A stretch of 64,000 bases of DNA, from the sequence record MZ443769.1. One strand, 5' to 3'. Under the pieces are notes generated by a model. The model did no database searches. It saw nothing but the letters and a program-made list of their open reading frames with translations, and had not been told where the DNA came from. The first letter of the stretch is position 1; the number at the start of each line of letters is the position of its first letter. A program made the translations under genes and the position numbers. Positions 34,785 through 44,316 of the stretch are shown here, piece after piece.

Positions 34785-35459
34785 ATGAATATTCAATTCG
34801 CAGACCTGTGTAAGTTGCAGCGGGAAATATTAAAGCCGTTATCTCCGAATCAAGAGTTCGCTCTGGTTCAGTTGCTCGTTGACGAAGACTGTGCTGATGA
34901 AGTTGCTGGCATCATTGAAGTGATGTTGAAAGAGCATGACCACACAGAACGTCTGTATAGTGCTTGGTTGGAATCGTCTAAGCACACAAACGTTGTCCCG
35001 CTGATCGTTCCTGTTATTGACAGTGAAAACATCATGCGTGACATTCTCAACCGCGATAATAGCACTCTCGGTCTGGCGGACAGCTTGCGCCACGTTCTTG
35101 ATGAAGCACACATCCGCATGTTGCGTACTGCTGAATCTCAAACAGAACTGCTGTCTGTATCAACTACTGGTCCTGCACTGACTGTTGATTATGTTGTTGG
35201 CTGTATGCTCGACGCTCTTAATGAAAGTCTGATGCCTATTGCAGTACGCCCTACTCAGGAACAACGTGCTTCGCGTAAAGAGAACCTGCTGTCATTCAGC
35301 AAACTCAAAGCACTCGACCTGTTCTCTGGCACACTCGATTATAGCCGCGCACTCCGCCCTACTCCTGAACATCGTCAGGAACGTATGCAGATTGCCGCTT
35401 CAATCGCACACAGTGCTGGTAAATCAAACGAAGATTATTCCTTCGTGTTTGAACGCTAA
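34785..35459 (+). CDS. hypothetical protein
   Basis: GAGGA RBS, 224 aa. Confidence 0.8.
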   Translation: MNIQFADLCKLQREILKPLSPNQEFALVQLLVDEDCADEVAGIIEVMLKEHDHTERLYSAWLESSKHTNVVPLIVPVIDSENIMRDILNRDNSTLGLADSLRHVLDEAHIRMLRTAESQTELLSVSTTGPALTVDYVVGCMLDALNESLMPIAVRPTQEQRASRKENLLSFSKLKALDLFSGTLDYSRALRPTPEHRQERMQIAASIAHSAGKSNEDYSFVFER

Positions 35460-35468
35460 GTAAAACTC

Positions 35469-35499
35469 AACGGGAGACCTTAACTGGTTTCCCGTTTTT
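35469..35499 (+). terminator. Rho-independent terminator
   Basis: AACGGGAGACC-TTAACT-GGTTTCCCGTT then TTT. Confidence 0.75.
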
Positions 35500-35530
35500 C
35501 ATTCTTGTACGAATTTTTGAGATCAACCAA

Positions 35531-36472
35531 ATGACTAAAATGGTTACTATGCCGTGGGCAACTTCTGAGCAACGCAATGACTTTTTCTCTACGCAAGTAC
35601 GGCAGTTAGACTTACATCCTGTGTGGAGCTATGTCGAAGTGCAAAACAATCCTCAGTGGAAAGGTGACCCGCTGCTTCACCACATGCACTATCATTCGAC
35701 AGAGCACATGAAGCAGGTAACTGCACTTGCATTGTGGATGCTGACAGAAGAAATGCAGTACGCATGGCAGTATGAAAACGGTGCGCTGCCGCTGGCCGTC
35801 GCGTGTATGTTCCACGATATGCACCACTCACTTGGTCGTCTTAATGATTCAGGCAATATTCTCATTGCCAAAGATGCTTTCAAAAAGTATCTGACCTTCT
35901 GTACAGACCAACGTATTATTGATCAGCAAGAAATCATTCTTGAACTGATTGGCATTACCGAATTCCCTTACATGAAGAACAGACAGCCGAAGAATCTGAT
36001 TGAGCGCTGTATTCGTGATGCAGATATTCTCTACGGTATGCAGGATGACGCAATGGACGTAGTGCTATTTGCTCTGCGTCGTGAAGTGAATCGCAGCGTC
36101 AATACTAATACGCGCTACAACCAAGAACAGTGGGCTACAGGCCGTGTTGACTTCCTCATGTCCGTTGAGATGTACACACCTACTGCGAATGCAATCATGG
36201 CCTGGGCATTAGCTGAGGATAACGATCACAACCATCAATCTAAGATTGATAGCTGGGCGAAAGAGAATGTATACTTCCGTGATACGACTGCACACCAGCT
36301 AAAAGCTAATGACGTGTTGTTCATTGATACGCAGGAAGACAGTACTCCGAAACGCCGTCTGATCGAAAGTGTTGAGACAGTTCATCCATACCTGAACATA
36401 TACTTCCACGACGGCTCTGCTATCTCGCTGCGTGATGGAGAGAGCTGCGTGGTATGCGAAAGACGCAAATAA
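35531..36472 (+). CDS. HD-domain phosphohydrolase
   Basis: YHSTEH...ACMFHDMHH...IRDADIL: H...HD...D metal ligands. Confidence 0.8.
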   Translation: MTKMVTMPWATSEQRNDFFSTQVRQLDLHPVWSYVEVQNNPQWKGDPLLHHMHYHSTEHMKQVTALALWMLTEEMQYAWQYENGALPLAVACMFHDMHHSLGRLNDSGNILIAKDAFKKYLTFCTDQRIIDQQEIILELIGITEFPYMKNRQPKNLIERCIRDADILYGMQDDAMDVVLFALRREVNRSVNTNTRYNQEQWATGRVDFLMSVEMYTPTANAIMAWALAEDNDHNHQSKIDSWAKENVYFRDTTAHQLKANDVLFIDTQEDSTPKRRLIESVETVHPYLNIYFHDGSAISLRDGESCVVCERRK

Positions 36473-36517
36473 TAGGCTGAAATAGAGGTTCAGCAAACAC
36501 CTCATATGTGATATAAT
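36463..36517 (+). promoter_or_regulatory. class I phage promoter
   Basis: AGGCTGAAATAG (36474-36485), 26 nt, (TGa)TATAAT. Confidence 0.75.
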
Positions 36518-36546
36518 AATCAGACACACATAAAGAGAGAAATAGA

Positions 36547-37239
36547 ATGAGAACTTTAAAACGAATCAACATCGGCTCAGATACTAACTTTTTTGCGCTT
36601 AACGCAATCGTCGTACCTGTCGCTGCAATCTACATGGACGTCACTATGACGGAGTCAGGCAAAGAACTGAAACTACCTGTACGTGTTGACCCGAACGTAT
36701 CTCCTGAATCCATGTCGATATTTGTTGAATACAAACTGGATATTCCTGTGCTTGCCTGTCATCCGATATCTGATACCGAGTTCTATACCGAGATCGGATT
36801 TACGTCAGTTAATGCTCGTCGTTTTAATCTTGAACACAGACGTGTCTCGCCTATCGCTTACATGGGAATGCTGCCTGACGTTACCGAATCTGATGTTGGG
36901 GATAAACGATACGTTGCGCCTTTATCAGTTTATCAACTTCCTGAACGTACAGACATTCCTAAACCATTTTCAAAGGTCCGCAGATACGGCGCTGTATTGC
37001 GTACTGATTATTTGCACACACCACTTCTTGATGCTATTGATGACGAAACGTGGGCCGCTCGTTTGCTGGAGCCAACAGGTATGATGTGGTCTGAATTTCT
37101 CGAAGGTGCGACAAACGGTAGATTCACACCAGCCGATGATTTGTCTGAATGCTTCGGCGATCTGGATGCGGAGTTTGTACCTGAGTCTGACCTAAAGTAT
37201 CTTGTAGGTCTTAAAGTTAAAAATCGAATGAAGGACTAA
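36547..37239 (+). CDS. hypothetical protein
   Basis: 230 aa downstream of promoter. Confidence 0.8.
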   Translation: MRTLKRINIGSDTNFFALNAIVVPVAAIYMDVTMTESGKELKLPVRVDPNVSPESMSIFVEYKLDIPVLACHPISDTEFYTEIGFTSVNARRFNLEHRRVSPIAYMGMLPDVTESDVGDKRYVAPLSVYQLPERTDIPKPFSKVRRYGAVLRTDYLHTPLLDAIDDETWAARLLEPTGMMWSEFLEGATNGRFTPADDLSECFGDLDAEFVPESDLKYLVGLKVKNRMKD

Positions 37240-37241
37240 TC

Positions 37242-37460
37242 ATGATGCACGATTTGTATAAGGTAAGTGCTATCCTGTTCTACGCGCTAGGTGCTATGGC
37301 ATTCCTTGCACATATCGTAGGCTTCATGAAGAACTGGATGAAGATAAAAGAGATGCGCCAGAAGAGTCGTGACAAGCTGAAAAAATCAGTAACGCCTATG
37401 GCAGCAATTCGTCGTCGTCTTAAACAAGCAAAGCGCGATACACTGCGCAATAAGAGGTAA
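37242..37460 (+). CDS. single-TM small protein with basic tail
   Basis: AAGGA RBS; hydrophobic N-terminus. Confidence 0.7.
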   Translation: MMHDLYKVSAILFYALGAMAFLAHIVGFMKNWMKIKEMRQKSRDKLKKSVTPMAAIRRRLKQAKRDTLRNKR

Positions 37461-37464
37461 TGCT

Positions 37465-37797
37465 ATGACAACCAAACAACGTAACAGTCAGTATATCCGA
37501 AGTCGTGTGATGTTAGCCCTCGATGCAATGTTCGCACGTAAGCAAGAGCAGAACCTCGCTGATGATACAGCGTTCTCCGTGTTACAGACAGACCTACTTC
37601 CTGTTGGGGAAATGATGTTCAGAGATGCCTCAATGATTGAGCGGTGTCTGCAAAGTCCACACTTCGTTAATCTCTACGGCGCGTATACAATCACTCCTGC
37701 GCGTAATCAAAAAGACGAGCGCGTTGTTGTTTTCGTTCGTGTGCCTGATATTGATGACGTAGTGCAAGTGGAGGTACTGAACGATGGAACAAATTGA
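37465..37797 (+). CDS. hypothetical protein
   Basis: GAGG RBS. Confidence 0.8.
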   Translation: MTTKQRNSQYIRSRVMLALDAMFARKQEQNLADDTAFSVLQTDLLPVGEMMFRDASMIERCLQSPHFVNLYGAYTITPARNQKDERVVVFVRVPDIDDVVQVEVLNDGTN

Positions 37798-38326
37798 TAT
37801 GTTCGCTTTCGGAGAAGCGCAATCCGTGACACGATTCTCTGAGTACCACAACCCTGCTATTTCTGATGATGATCGTGCGAGGACTTGGCGTAAAGCACAA
37901 GCAGCCTTTGGTGCTGGACCTGCTGGCAGCCCTATTCGTGTTGAAACTCTGCACAAACAAGTTGGCCGTGTACATGAATTCGTTATCGTTCCAAGCGAGT
38001 TCTTCCGTGCAAAGATTGCACAGAACATGGGTGAGCCTCGTGATGCAGATGACCAGACCTACTTAACTAACCTGTATACGCATACAGAAACAGTTGGTGC
38101 GTTTGTCCGCGACTTTCTTGAGTACGAACAAGACATGGGCCTCGTAGGCTGTATGCCGTTATTCACGGCTGCTACGATATATGAAATCCGTCTCGTCATG
38201 TTCTGGCATTTGAATAAACTTGAAACAGTAGACGACTGGACTGCATGGGTAAAAGCAGTTAGCGACTACATCGATCAAGAGAAGTGTTTCGAAATCCACA
38301 GTTCGACTGAACTCTATTCCAAATAA
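37784..38326 (+). CDS. hypothetical protein
   Basis: GGAGG RBS. Confidence 0.8.
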   Translation: MEQIDMFAFGEAQSVTRFSEYHNPAISDDDRARTWRKAQAAFGAGPAGSPIRVETLHKQVGRVHEFVIVPSEFFRAKIAQNMGEPRDADDQTYLTNLYTHTETVGAFVRDFLEYEQDMGLVGCMPLFTAATIYEIRLVMFWHLNKLETVDDWTAWVKAVSDYIDQEKCFEIHSSTELYSK

Positions 38327-38363
38327 GCCGTAATGCTCACGGGCATTATACAGGAGATACAAA

Positions 38364-39662
38364 ATGTTATTCGATATCCGTAAGAACTTACTCATGGTTC
38401 GTGTTGTTATGGGCGGCCAGCCTGTATACAACTTCTACAATGCGTGTGGTCGTGAGTATCAACTCACTGGCCTAGTGTGGAAAGAAATTGTAGAGCGTCA
38501 GTTCTCTGGTAGTCTGAACGTACAAACTGCGTGGGGTCAAAGCGTCCGCATTGATCGTCAGACTTTCATCTTCGACGAATCGGGTGACATGTTGATTCGC
38601 CTGTATGTAGGTCCGTACGGTTCAATTGATGTACCTGTCGCTGATGTGACTAACGGCAATTCTATCTTCAACGTGATTGACGGTGTGTGCATTGAAGACT
38701 CAATGCGTGGTGATATCCGCGCCCACCTGCGGGCAACAAACAGACCTGTTGAAAACATTGTCTGGTATCATGATATGTCTGATACTGAGCTGCGTATTGT
38801 GCTCAAGAGCTTCGGGCAAGGTCCGATGCGTATCGACAAAGCTGACACAGAAGGTCTGCATAAGATCTGGGAAACGTTTATCGAACGCCACGATGACGTG
38901 TACAAATACACGCACAGAGCAATCGGTATTGAAGACGATGAAAAAATTCCTGCTGATCTGCGTCCAGAAAATCTGCGTCCGATTTCAAAACGTGCTATGG
39001 CTCCGAATAAAACCGTTGAGCTGATGAACGTTGCTCTATTTGACATACTCAAAGTCATGGCCATTATTCCTGTAGATGCGGAGAATGGACTTGATCGCCA
39101 GCAGTTGCATGACATTGTTTTCGAGTGGTACAAGTCGCTTGAAGATGATCGCCTGCCTACGTACTTGAGAAACCCTCAGTTCACTGTCAATTTCATCTAC
39201 GGTATGTTGCCCGACTATGATTGGAAAACAATCAATGACGAGACAGAAGACTATCAACAATCTCTCGTCCGCGCTGCGCTTATCGAGCTGGAAAAAGAAT
39301 TCGAATTAAATCCACGCCCAGAATTGAAGCAGACTGGTGCGTGTAAGCTTCCTGAGCTGAGGCTTCTCTCTGATGTGAAGTGGGCTATAGTGCGCCGCGT
39401 CTTACGCACTATTGAGACACGTTGTGCTTTGGGTCATGACGTACTTCGTATCGGCATCCCAGACGTTCTCAAACTTCTTGCGCAAGATGCTGTATTGTCC
39501 TCGCTGCACAAAAGCCAGCTTGTGACTCTTGCTAGTGCTTTAAGCCACTTTGAAGCAGCAAAACAAAATACAGAATACCTGAAAGAACTAATTACATATG
39601 CGGCGCTGAACATAGAACGTCTTTCAGATGAAGCCGAAGAAGAGGAAGAAGAAGACGAGTAA
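38364..39662 (+). CDS. hypothetical protein
   Basis: 432 aa, AGGAG RBS, acidic C-terminus. Confidence 0.85.
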   Translation: MLFDIRKNLLMVRVVMGGQPVYNFYNACGREYQLTGLVWKEIVERQFSGSLNVQTAWGQSVRIDRQTFIFDESGDMLIRLYVGPYGSIDVPVADVTNGNSIFNVIDGVCIEDSMRGDIRAHLRATNRPVENIVWYHDMSDTELRIVLKSFGQGPMRIDKADTEGLHKIWETFIERHDDVYKYTHRAIGIEDDEKIPADLRPENLRPISKRAMAPNKTVELMNVALFDILKVMAIIPVDAENGLDRQQLHDIVFEWYKSLEDDRLPTYLRNPQFTVNFIYGMLPDYDWKTINDETEDYQQSLVRAALIELEKEFELNPRPELKQTGACKLPELRLLSDVKWAIVRRVLRTIETRCALGHDVLRIGIPDVLKLLAQDAVLSSLHKSQLVTLASALSHFEAAKQNTEYLKELITYAALNIERLSDEAEEEEEEDE

Positions 39663-39711
39663 GCTTCTTCCGATTCACACTCAATCATACCTAACATTGT
39701 AGGGAACAAAA

Positions 39712-40143
39712 ATGGTACAGTTTAATAAAAAGATTCTTGTAGTTGACCGCGTGTCTCTCGTAATGAATGACGAAACTATTGCTGCGTGGGGAATAGCTGC
39801 TGGTGCTGATCGTGAAGGCGCAGCGACTAACACTGCCCTGATACTCGGTAAGCTGCAACGTGATATCGCTTGTTCGCTTTATACGAACCATCCAGAAGCT
39901 GCGCTGCGTGGAGAAATTCTCTGGACCTCTTACGGTAGCGTGTCACTGCAAGGTCTGTTCGTCATTGCGTCTAATGCTGACAATGAACTCCTCAACTCTA
40001 TCGAAGATCAGGATTACCTGTGCCATCTTCGTAGCATTCAGGAAGTTGCCACTGCCTCTGGTTTTAACGTCAACATCCAGCGCGTTCAAACGTCATTCCC
40101 GATCAACACAATCGAAGTACCTGCGTCTCTCTTAAACTCCTGA
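39712..40143 (+). CDS. hypothetical protein
   Basis: AGGGA RBS. Confidence 0.8.
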   Translation: MVQFNKKILVVDRVSLVMNDETIAAWGIAAGADREGAATNTALILGKLQRDIACSLYTNHPEAALRGEILWTSYGSVSLQGLFVIASNADNELLNSIEDQDYLCHLRSIQEVATASGFNVNIQRVQTSFPINTIEVPASLLNS

Positions 40144-40152
40144 GGTGATATC

Positions 40153-40452
40153 ATGACAACAAAGACAATGACAGTACCGAATGCTGTAATCGTTTGCGCC
40201 ATGCGTGAGTCTAGTTCTTTCATGGGTCAGAAAGCAGACGGCTGGGTTTATCTGCCAAGCAAAGAAGCGCTCGAACAATTCAAGAAACACATTGAACAAC
40301 ACAAGCGCATTGAGGAGTACAGCTACATTGTGAGCATAGACCTCAAAGTAATCAATGAAGCGGGTATGCTGCAACTCGCGGACTGCATCAACGACGAAGA
40401 TGATCGCCCGTGGCTGTGGTCGAATGATGACTTCTCTGTCAAGCTGTGGTAG
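40153..40452 (+). CDS. hypothetical protein
   Basis: GAGGTG RBS. Confidence 0.8.
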   Translation: MTTKTMTVPNAVIVCAMRESSSFMGQKADGWVYLPSKEALEQFKKHIEQHKRIEEYSYIVSIDLKVINEAGMLQLADCINDEDDRPWLWSNDDFSVKLW

Positions 40453-40460
40453 CTATCAAG

Positions 40461-40516
40461 TCTGCACAAAATAGGCTGAAATAGCGGTATCAATAAAAGC
40501 CTCAATATGATACAAT
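40461..40516 (+). promoter_or_regulatory. class I phage promoter
   Basis: TCTGCACAAAAT-AGGCTGAAATAG, 26 nt, (TGa)TACAAT. Confidence 0.75.
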
Positions 40517-40568
40517 AGAAGCGTAGCAGATGCTGCGCTTTTTACTTTATAGTCTGAGGAGACTCGTT

Positions 40569-41033
40569 ATGTTAGAACCAATCAAATTCAATCAGTCTGA
40601 AATCGATCTGCAAGACGCAATCATGGAAGTAGCTGTGAGCAACGTTATCAAGCTGACACCTAACTGGACTGATATTTGTCTTGCTGCTGCCCGCCTGTAT
40701 CTGACAACCTGCGATATGCTTAACGGAACAATTCCTGAAATCCGTTTCATTCATAACGGAAAGTCTACTCGCCTTGAGTACCGTCTCAAAGAAGTTGAAG
40801 GTACCGAAGAGTTTGAAGCTGACGCTGCGGACATTGAAAAGCAGAAAGCAATTCTCGACGCGATGTTTGACACTGCTGAGAAATCAGAAGACGGATTCAG
40901 TTACGGCGACTTGCTGATCTGTTCGGGTCGTTTGTTTATGATTGGTTATGACGGTCTTGCTGGAACCAAAGACGTTCTGAAATTCCGTCACAACAAAAAG
41001 AACTTCACTATGCACCTTGTTGAGGCCAAATAA
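40569..41033 (+). CDS. hypothetical protein
   Basis: GAGGAG RBS before ATG 40569. Confidence 0.8.
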   Translation: MLEPIKFNQSEIDLQDAIMEVAVSNVIKLTPNWTDICLAAARLYLTTCDMLNGTIPEIRFIHNGKSTRLEYRLKEVEGTEEFEADAADIEKQKAILDAMFDTAEKSEDGFSYGDLLICSGRLFMIGYDGLAGTKDVLKFRHNKKNFTMHLVEAK

Positions 41034-41666
41034 ATGGAAACCTATTTCGTACTCAAACGTCACATGCGCGATAGCCGCAGCCTTGCATTCTTCCACGACG
41101 ATAAGTGTCTGGCGATGTTCTCAACACGCTTGATGCAACGTGTTCAAGAAATTCTTGAGCTGCCTACAGTTATGTCCACAATCGTTTGGGCAGACGACAA
41201 AGAAACGCACAACCGTCTGCTGATCGTTGACCGCTCATTCATAACACGCGACAACGAAATGCGCACTAACTTTGAACTGTCGATGATCACTTCGCCTGCT
41301 GGCCGTCCTGATTATTCGATACCTGTTGATGTGTGTCGTATGCACGACGGCATCACACCGTACATCAAAGAGATTCGCATTGAACAGGCGATTGCTCAAT
41401 TCATGCTGAAAGAGATTCAAACTCTGCTGCTGTCTGAACCTAAAGAAGACGACGAAGACATGTATGAGTCTCTTTTAGACGGCGACGAAGTATCGGACAT
41501 AGAATTCTCTCCTGAGTTCCTGCGTCAGGAAATTGCCGACGGCTATCGCACAGAAGACTACATGCTTCGCCTGAGCATTGAAGACGTATTGGAGATACAC
41601 GACAAAGAAGTCGGAGTATTCATGCCAGAGCACGAAGAACAAGACCAAACACCTTTCTATTATTAA
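41034..41666 (+). CDS. hypothetical acidic protein
   Basis: GAGG RBS. Confidence 0.8.
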   Translation: METYFVLKRHMRDSRSLAFFHDDKCLAMFSTRLMQRVQEILELPTVMSTIVWADDKETHNRLLIVDRSFITRDNEMRTNFELSMITSPAGRPDYSIPVDVCRMHDGITPYIKEIRIEQAIAQFMLKEIQTLLLSEPKEDDEDMYESLLDGDEVSDIEFSPEFLRQEIADGYRTEDYMLRLSIEDVLEIHDKEVGVFMPEHEEQDQTPFYY

Positions 41667-41677
41667 GGCAGTACAGA

Positions 41678-41869
41678 ATGAAAACAACAAGTGACCTTGT
41701 CAAAGAACTCAAACAACATGGCGTCTTGATTATTGAAGACCACATGAAACACACTCTGCCTGATTTAACTTTCACGCTTGATTGTATGTGTATCACTTAT
41801 TCGAAGCGTGAAATTGAAAGTACCAAACTAGGCCGTGTTGTTCGTATTCGAATGATGGCAACACACTAA
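41678..41869 (+). CDS. small hypothetical protein
   Basis: AAGG RBS. Confidence 0.65.
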   Translation: MKTTSDLVKELKQHGVLIIEDHMKHTLPDLTFTLDCMCITYSKREIESTKLGRVVRIRMMATH

Positions 41870-41891
41870 TACATGCGGTTTGCCTGACGTG

Positions 41892-41940
41892 CCTCACACT
41901 CAACCACGCATTTGCGGGTGGCATAGTCGGGCTCTTTTTG
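41892..41940 (+). terminator. long hairpin terminator
   Basis: GCCTGAC-GTGCC...GGCAT-AGTCGGGC then TCTTTTT. Confidence 0.55.
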
Positions 41941-41993
41941 AAATGTGTTTGTTTGACGCGCATTACATAAAGATAAACCAACAGGAGGCTGTT

Positions 41994-42332
41994 ATGAACA
42001 GATTTACCGCAGTATCGAAAGACGCACAAATCGTTTTGCTGAGTTGCGCTCTCGCAGGCACGCTGAACATTCTAGGCAGAGAACATCAAGACGGCGGAAA
42101 GCAGGTATTCGAATTCACGCTTGCTAAAATTGGCCTCGCACCAGACGAGTTCAAATTCATTCTTGATCAAATGTCGTCTGATGTGGAAGAGGAAGTCAGA
42201 TCTGTTACTGGTCTGCCTGACGAAGACGAAGACACCGCGTCTGATTTAGACACTATGGAAGACAGCCCGAACAAAGGCGAATACGATACAAGCCGCATGA
42301 ACAAAGATGGCTGGGAAGATTTAGACCGCTAA
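41994..42332 (+). CDS. hypothetical acidic protein
   Basis: AGGAGG RBS before ATG 41994. Confidence 0.8.
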   Translation: MNRFTAVSKDAQIVLLSCALAGTLNILGREHQDGGKQVFEFTLAKIGLAPDEFKFILDQMSSDVEEEVRSVTGLPDEDEDTASDLDTMEDSPNKGEYDTSRMNKDGWEDLDR

Positions 42333-42339
42333 TGTGAAG

Positions 42340-42395
42340 TCTGCATAAAACAGGCTAAAATAGAGGTTGAGACATATATCAACACCTGTTATACT
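42340..42395 (+). promoter_or_regulatory. class I phage promoter
   Basis: TCTGCATAAAAC-AGGCTAAAATAG, 26 nt, (TGt)TATACT. Confidence 0.75.
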
Positions 42396-42400
42396 TATTA

Positions 42401-42525
42401 GACAGCGAGACATATATGTGTTGCTGAGTTCGATTGATAGCTTTTAGCTGTATGTGAACTTTTCCCCCGCATACAGCTCTTTTTAAAGTGACTTGATTGA
42501 GGTTGCTTTAAAAAGACCAGCTATT
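42401..42525 (+). ncRNA. candidate small structured RNA
   Basis: ORF-free interval between two tandem promoters with three hairpins (42403-42426, 42446-42478, 42479-42515) and closing helix ATAGCT/AGCTAT. Confidence 0.4.
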
Positions 42526-42530
42526 TGATG

Positions 42531-42585
42531 TATGCAAAAAGTTGGACGAAATAGCGGTTGTGCAAAATGCTCTGCCTGCTATACT
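42531..42585 (+). promoter_or_regulatory. class I phage promoter (variant)
   Basis: TATGCAAAAAGTTGGACGAAATAG, 25 nt, (TGc)TATACT. Confidence 0.65.
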
Positions 42586-42650
42586 TATATCTCTAGCGCA
42601 ATATCGCGCACAACGTAGTATCTCATATACAATACTGAGGAGTATTAATC

Positions 42651-44231
42651 ATGGCTATCGAAACTAACACAAATCTGGTTGGCAAAACTATCGTTCTGTT
42701 GGACGGCACTAAAACTAAAATCACTGATGCAATCGCGTCTGGTTATAAAGTGAAAAGCCGCACAGCCCGCGTATCAACTCGTTGTGTAGTTAAAGACGGC
42801 GCTCACTTCCGTGAAATCGAGCGCATGAACATGAGCCAGTTAGAAGATACAGGCGAAGGTTACGTGAAAGTGAAAGACGCGAAAGCGACCAAGTCTGCTA
42901 AGACCGCGAAAGCTGAAAAGCCAGCTAAGACCGCGAAGACAACCAAAGCAGAAAAGAAACCTGCTAAGCCGTCTAAGAAAGACGAACCTGCTCCGAAAGT
43001 TCGCAGCAAGAAAGAAAAAGAAGCGAAGCAACAAGAAGATTACTTGAGCCTAGCAACTGCGATCATTAAAGGCGGCAAGAAAGTTGCGCCTGTCGAAATC
43101 GAAGCAACCGACGCTGAACTGACAGACGCGATTGCAAAACGTCTGGTAGATGTTCTCGAAAATACCGAAATCGCCCGTGTAGCTGCTGATAACAAAACGC
43201 CGATCGCAAACGCAATCGCAATCACGTACGGCGCTGAGTTCGCCGAAGAAGCTAACGTGCTTCAAATCACGTTGAACCTGCAATACGCTAAGCCTGTCGT
43301 ATCAGCACCTGAGCCTGAGCTGGACGAAGCTGTTGCTCGTCGTGCTGCTAAACTCGCCGCTAAGAAAGTGGGCAAGGTGTTGGCGAAAGCAATCAAAACT
43401 GCATTCGACCTCGAAGATGCAAACGACCTGCTGCCTGGTACCGTGTTGCTCAAAGCAGAAGAAGAGTTTATCTTCTGCGGCGAAAGCGCGAAACATGCAG
43501 GCAAAGCGCTGCTGTACAAAACAGCCGACGATAAGTTTGCGTCTGTCGCTGCTGATGCTCTGACTGAATACGAAATTGTTCAGGAAGAAGCTGAGGCAGA
43601 AGAAGAGGAAGAAGAGGAAGAAGAGGAAGAAGAGGAAGAAGAGGAAGAAGAGGAAGAGGAAGAGGAAGCTGATGAAGACCTCGATGACTCTGACGCTTAT
43701 TCGTACATCGCCGTTGATAAAGACCAGCTTGCACTCGTTAACAAGAAAGTGACTGCTAAGTATCACGCTGCAACCGCTGAACGTTTCGGCGTTAGCGAAG
43801 AAGCTCTGGTCCCTGGCCTTGTCGTTACAGACGGCGACACAACGTTTGCTTATCTGGGCTTCGATAGCAAAGGCGGTATGCTCGTCATTGACAACGAAGC
43901 CGAAGATCAAGATGTTCTGTGCTACTCAAAAGCAGACATTAAATCTCTGGTAGACTTCTCGCCAGTAGTTGGCGAAGAGGGCGAAGATGATTCGGACGAC
44001 GAAGAATCTGCTGATGACGAAGAATCTGCTGATGACGAAGAGGAAGAAGAAGCAGACGAAGAAGAAGAAGCGGATGATGACTTCGACTTCGGCTCTGATA
44101 TCCCGTCAGAAGATCTTGAAGACCTGACCGCGGATGAACTGCGTGACCGTGTTGTTCACTTAGGTCTGTCTACTCAGAAGAAAGCAGATCGCATGGACGA
44201 AGACGAACTCCGCGCTCTGCTGACTGAATAA
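42651..44231 (+). CDS. acidic low-complexity multidomain protein (paralog of 44317)
   Basis: GAGGAG RBS; N-terminal LLDGT domain, AKAEKP linker, poly-Glu, two repeated beta domains, C-terminal helix-extended-helix-like motif. Confidence 0.9.
   Translation: MAIETNTNLVGKTIVLLDGTKTKITDAIASGYKVKSRTARVSTRCVVKDGAHFREIERMNMSQLEDTGEGYVKVKDAKATKSAKTAKAEKPAKTAKTTKAEKKPAKPSKKDEPAPKVRSKKEKEAKQQEDYLSLATAIIKGGKKVAPVEIEATDAELTDAIAKRLVDVLENTEIARVAADNKTPIANAIAITYGAEFAEEANVLQITLNLQYAKPVVSAPEPELDEAVARRAAKLAAKKVGKVLAKAIKTAFDLEDANDLLPGTVLLKAEEEFIFCGESAKHAGKALLYKTADDKFASVAADALTEYEIVQEEAEAEEEEEEEEEEEEEEEEEEEEEEEADEDLDDSDAYSYIAVDKDQLALVNKKVTAKYHAATAERFGVSEEALVPGLVVTDGDTTFAYLGFDSKGGMLVIDNEAEDQDVLCYSKADIKSLVDFSPVVGEEGEDDSDDEESADDEESADDEEEEEADEEEEADDDFDFGSDIPSEDLEDLTADELRDRVVHLGLSTQKKADRMDEDELRALLTE
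43602..43655 (+). repeat. (GAAGAGGAA)x6 tandem repeat within a 23-Glu run (43599-43667)
   Basis: Read directly from sequence. Confidence 0.9.
43998..44033 (+). repeat. 18-bp tandem repeat x2 (DEESAD)
   Basis: GACGAAGAATCTGCTGAT twice. Confidence 0.9.
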
Positions 44232-44256
44232 GCTGTACTCACTGTAAACTGATATG

Positions 44257-44285
44257 ATAGCGGTCTATGATGGCCGCTATACTTT
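44257..44285 (+). terminator. hairpin/terminator
   Basis: ATAGCGGTC-TATGAT-GGCCGCTAT then ACTTT. Confidence 0.55.
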
Positions 44286-44316
44286 GACTAATCGCGCTGA
44301 TTGAGGAATCACAACT

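Noticed and set aside
42420-42445. tRNA suggested by GTTCGA
   Set aside because: No acceptor, D or anticodon arms around it; no tRNA cloverleaf recognised anywhere in the window.
43302-43910. Minus-strand 202-aa ORF and similar ones at 44430-45068, 44611-45315, 50023-50745, 58215-59150
   Set aside because: Antisense shadows of strongly biased + strand genes.
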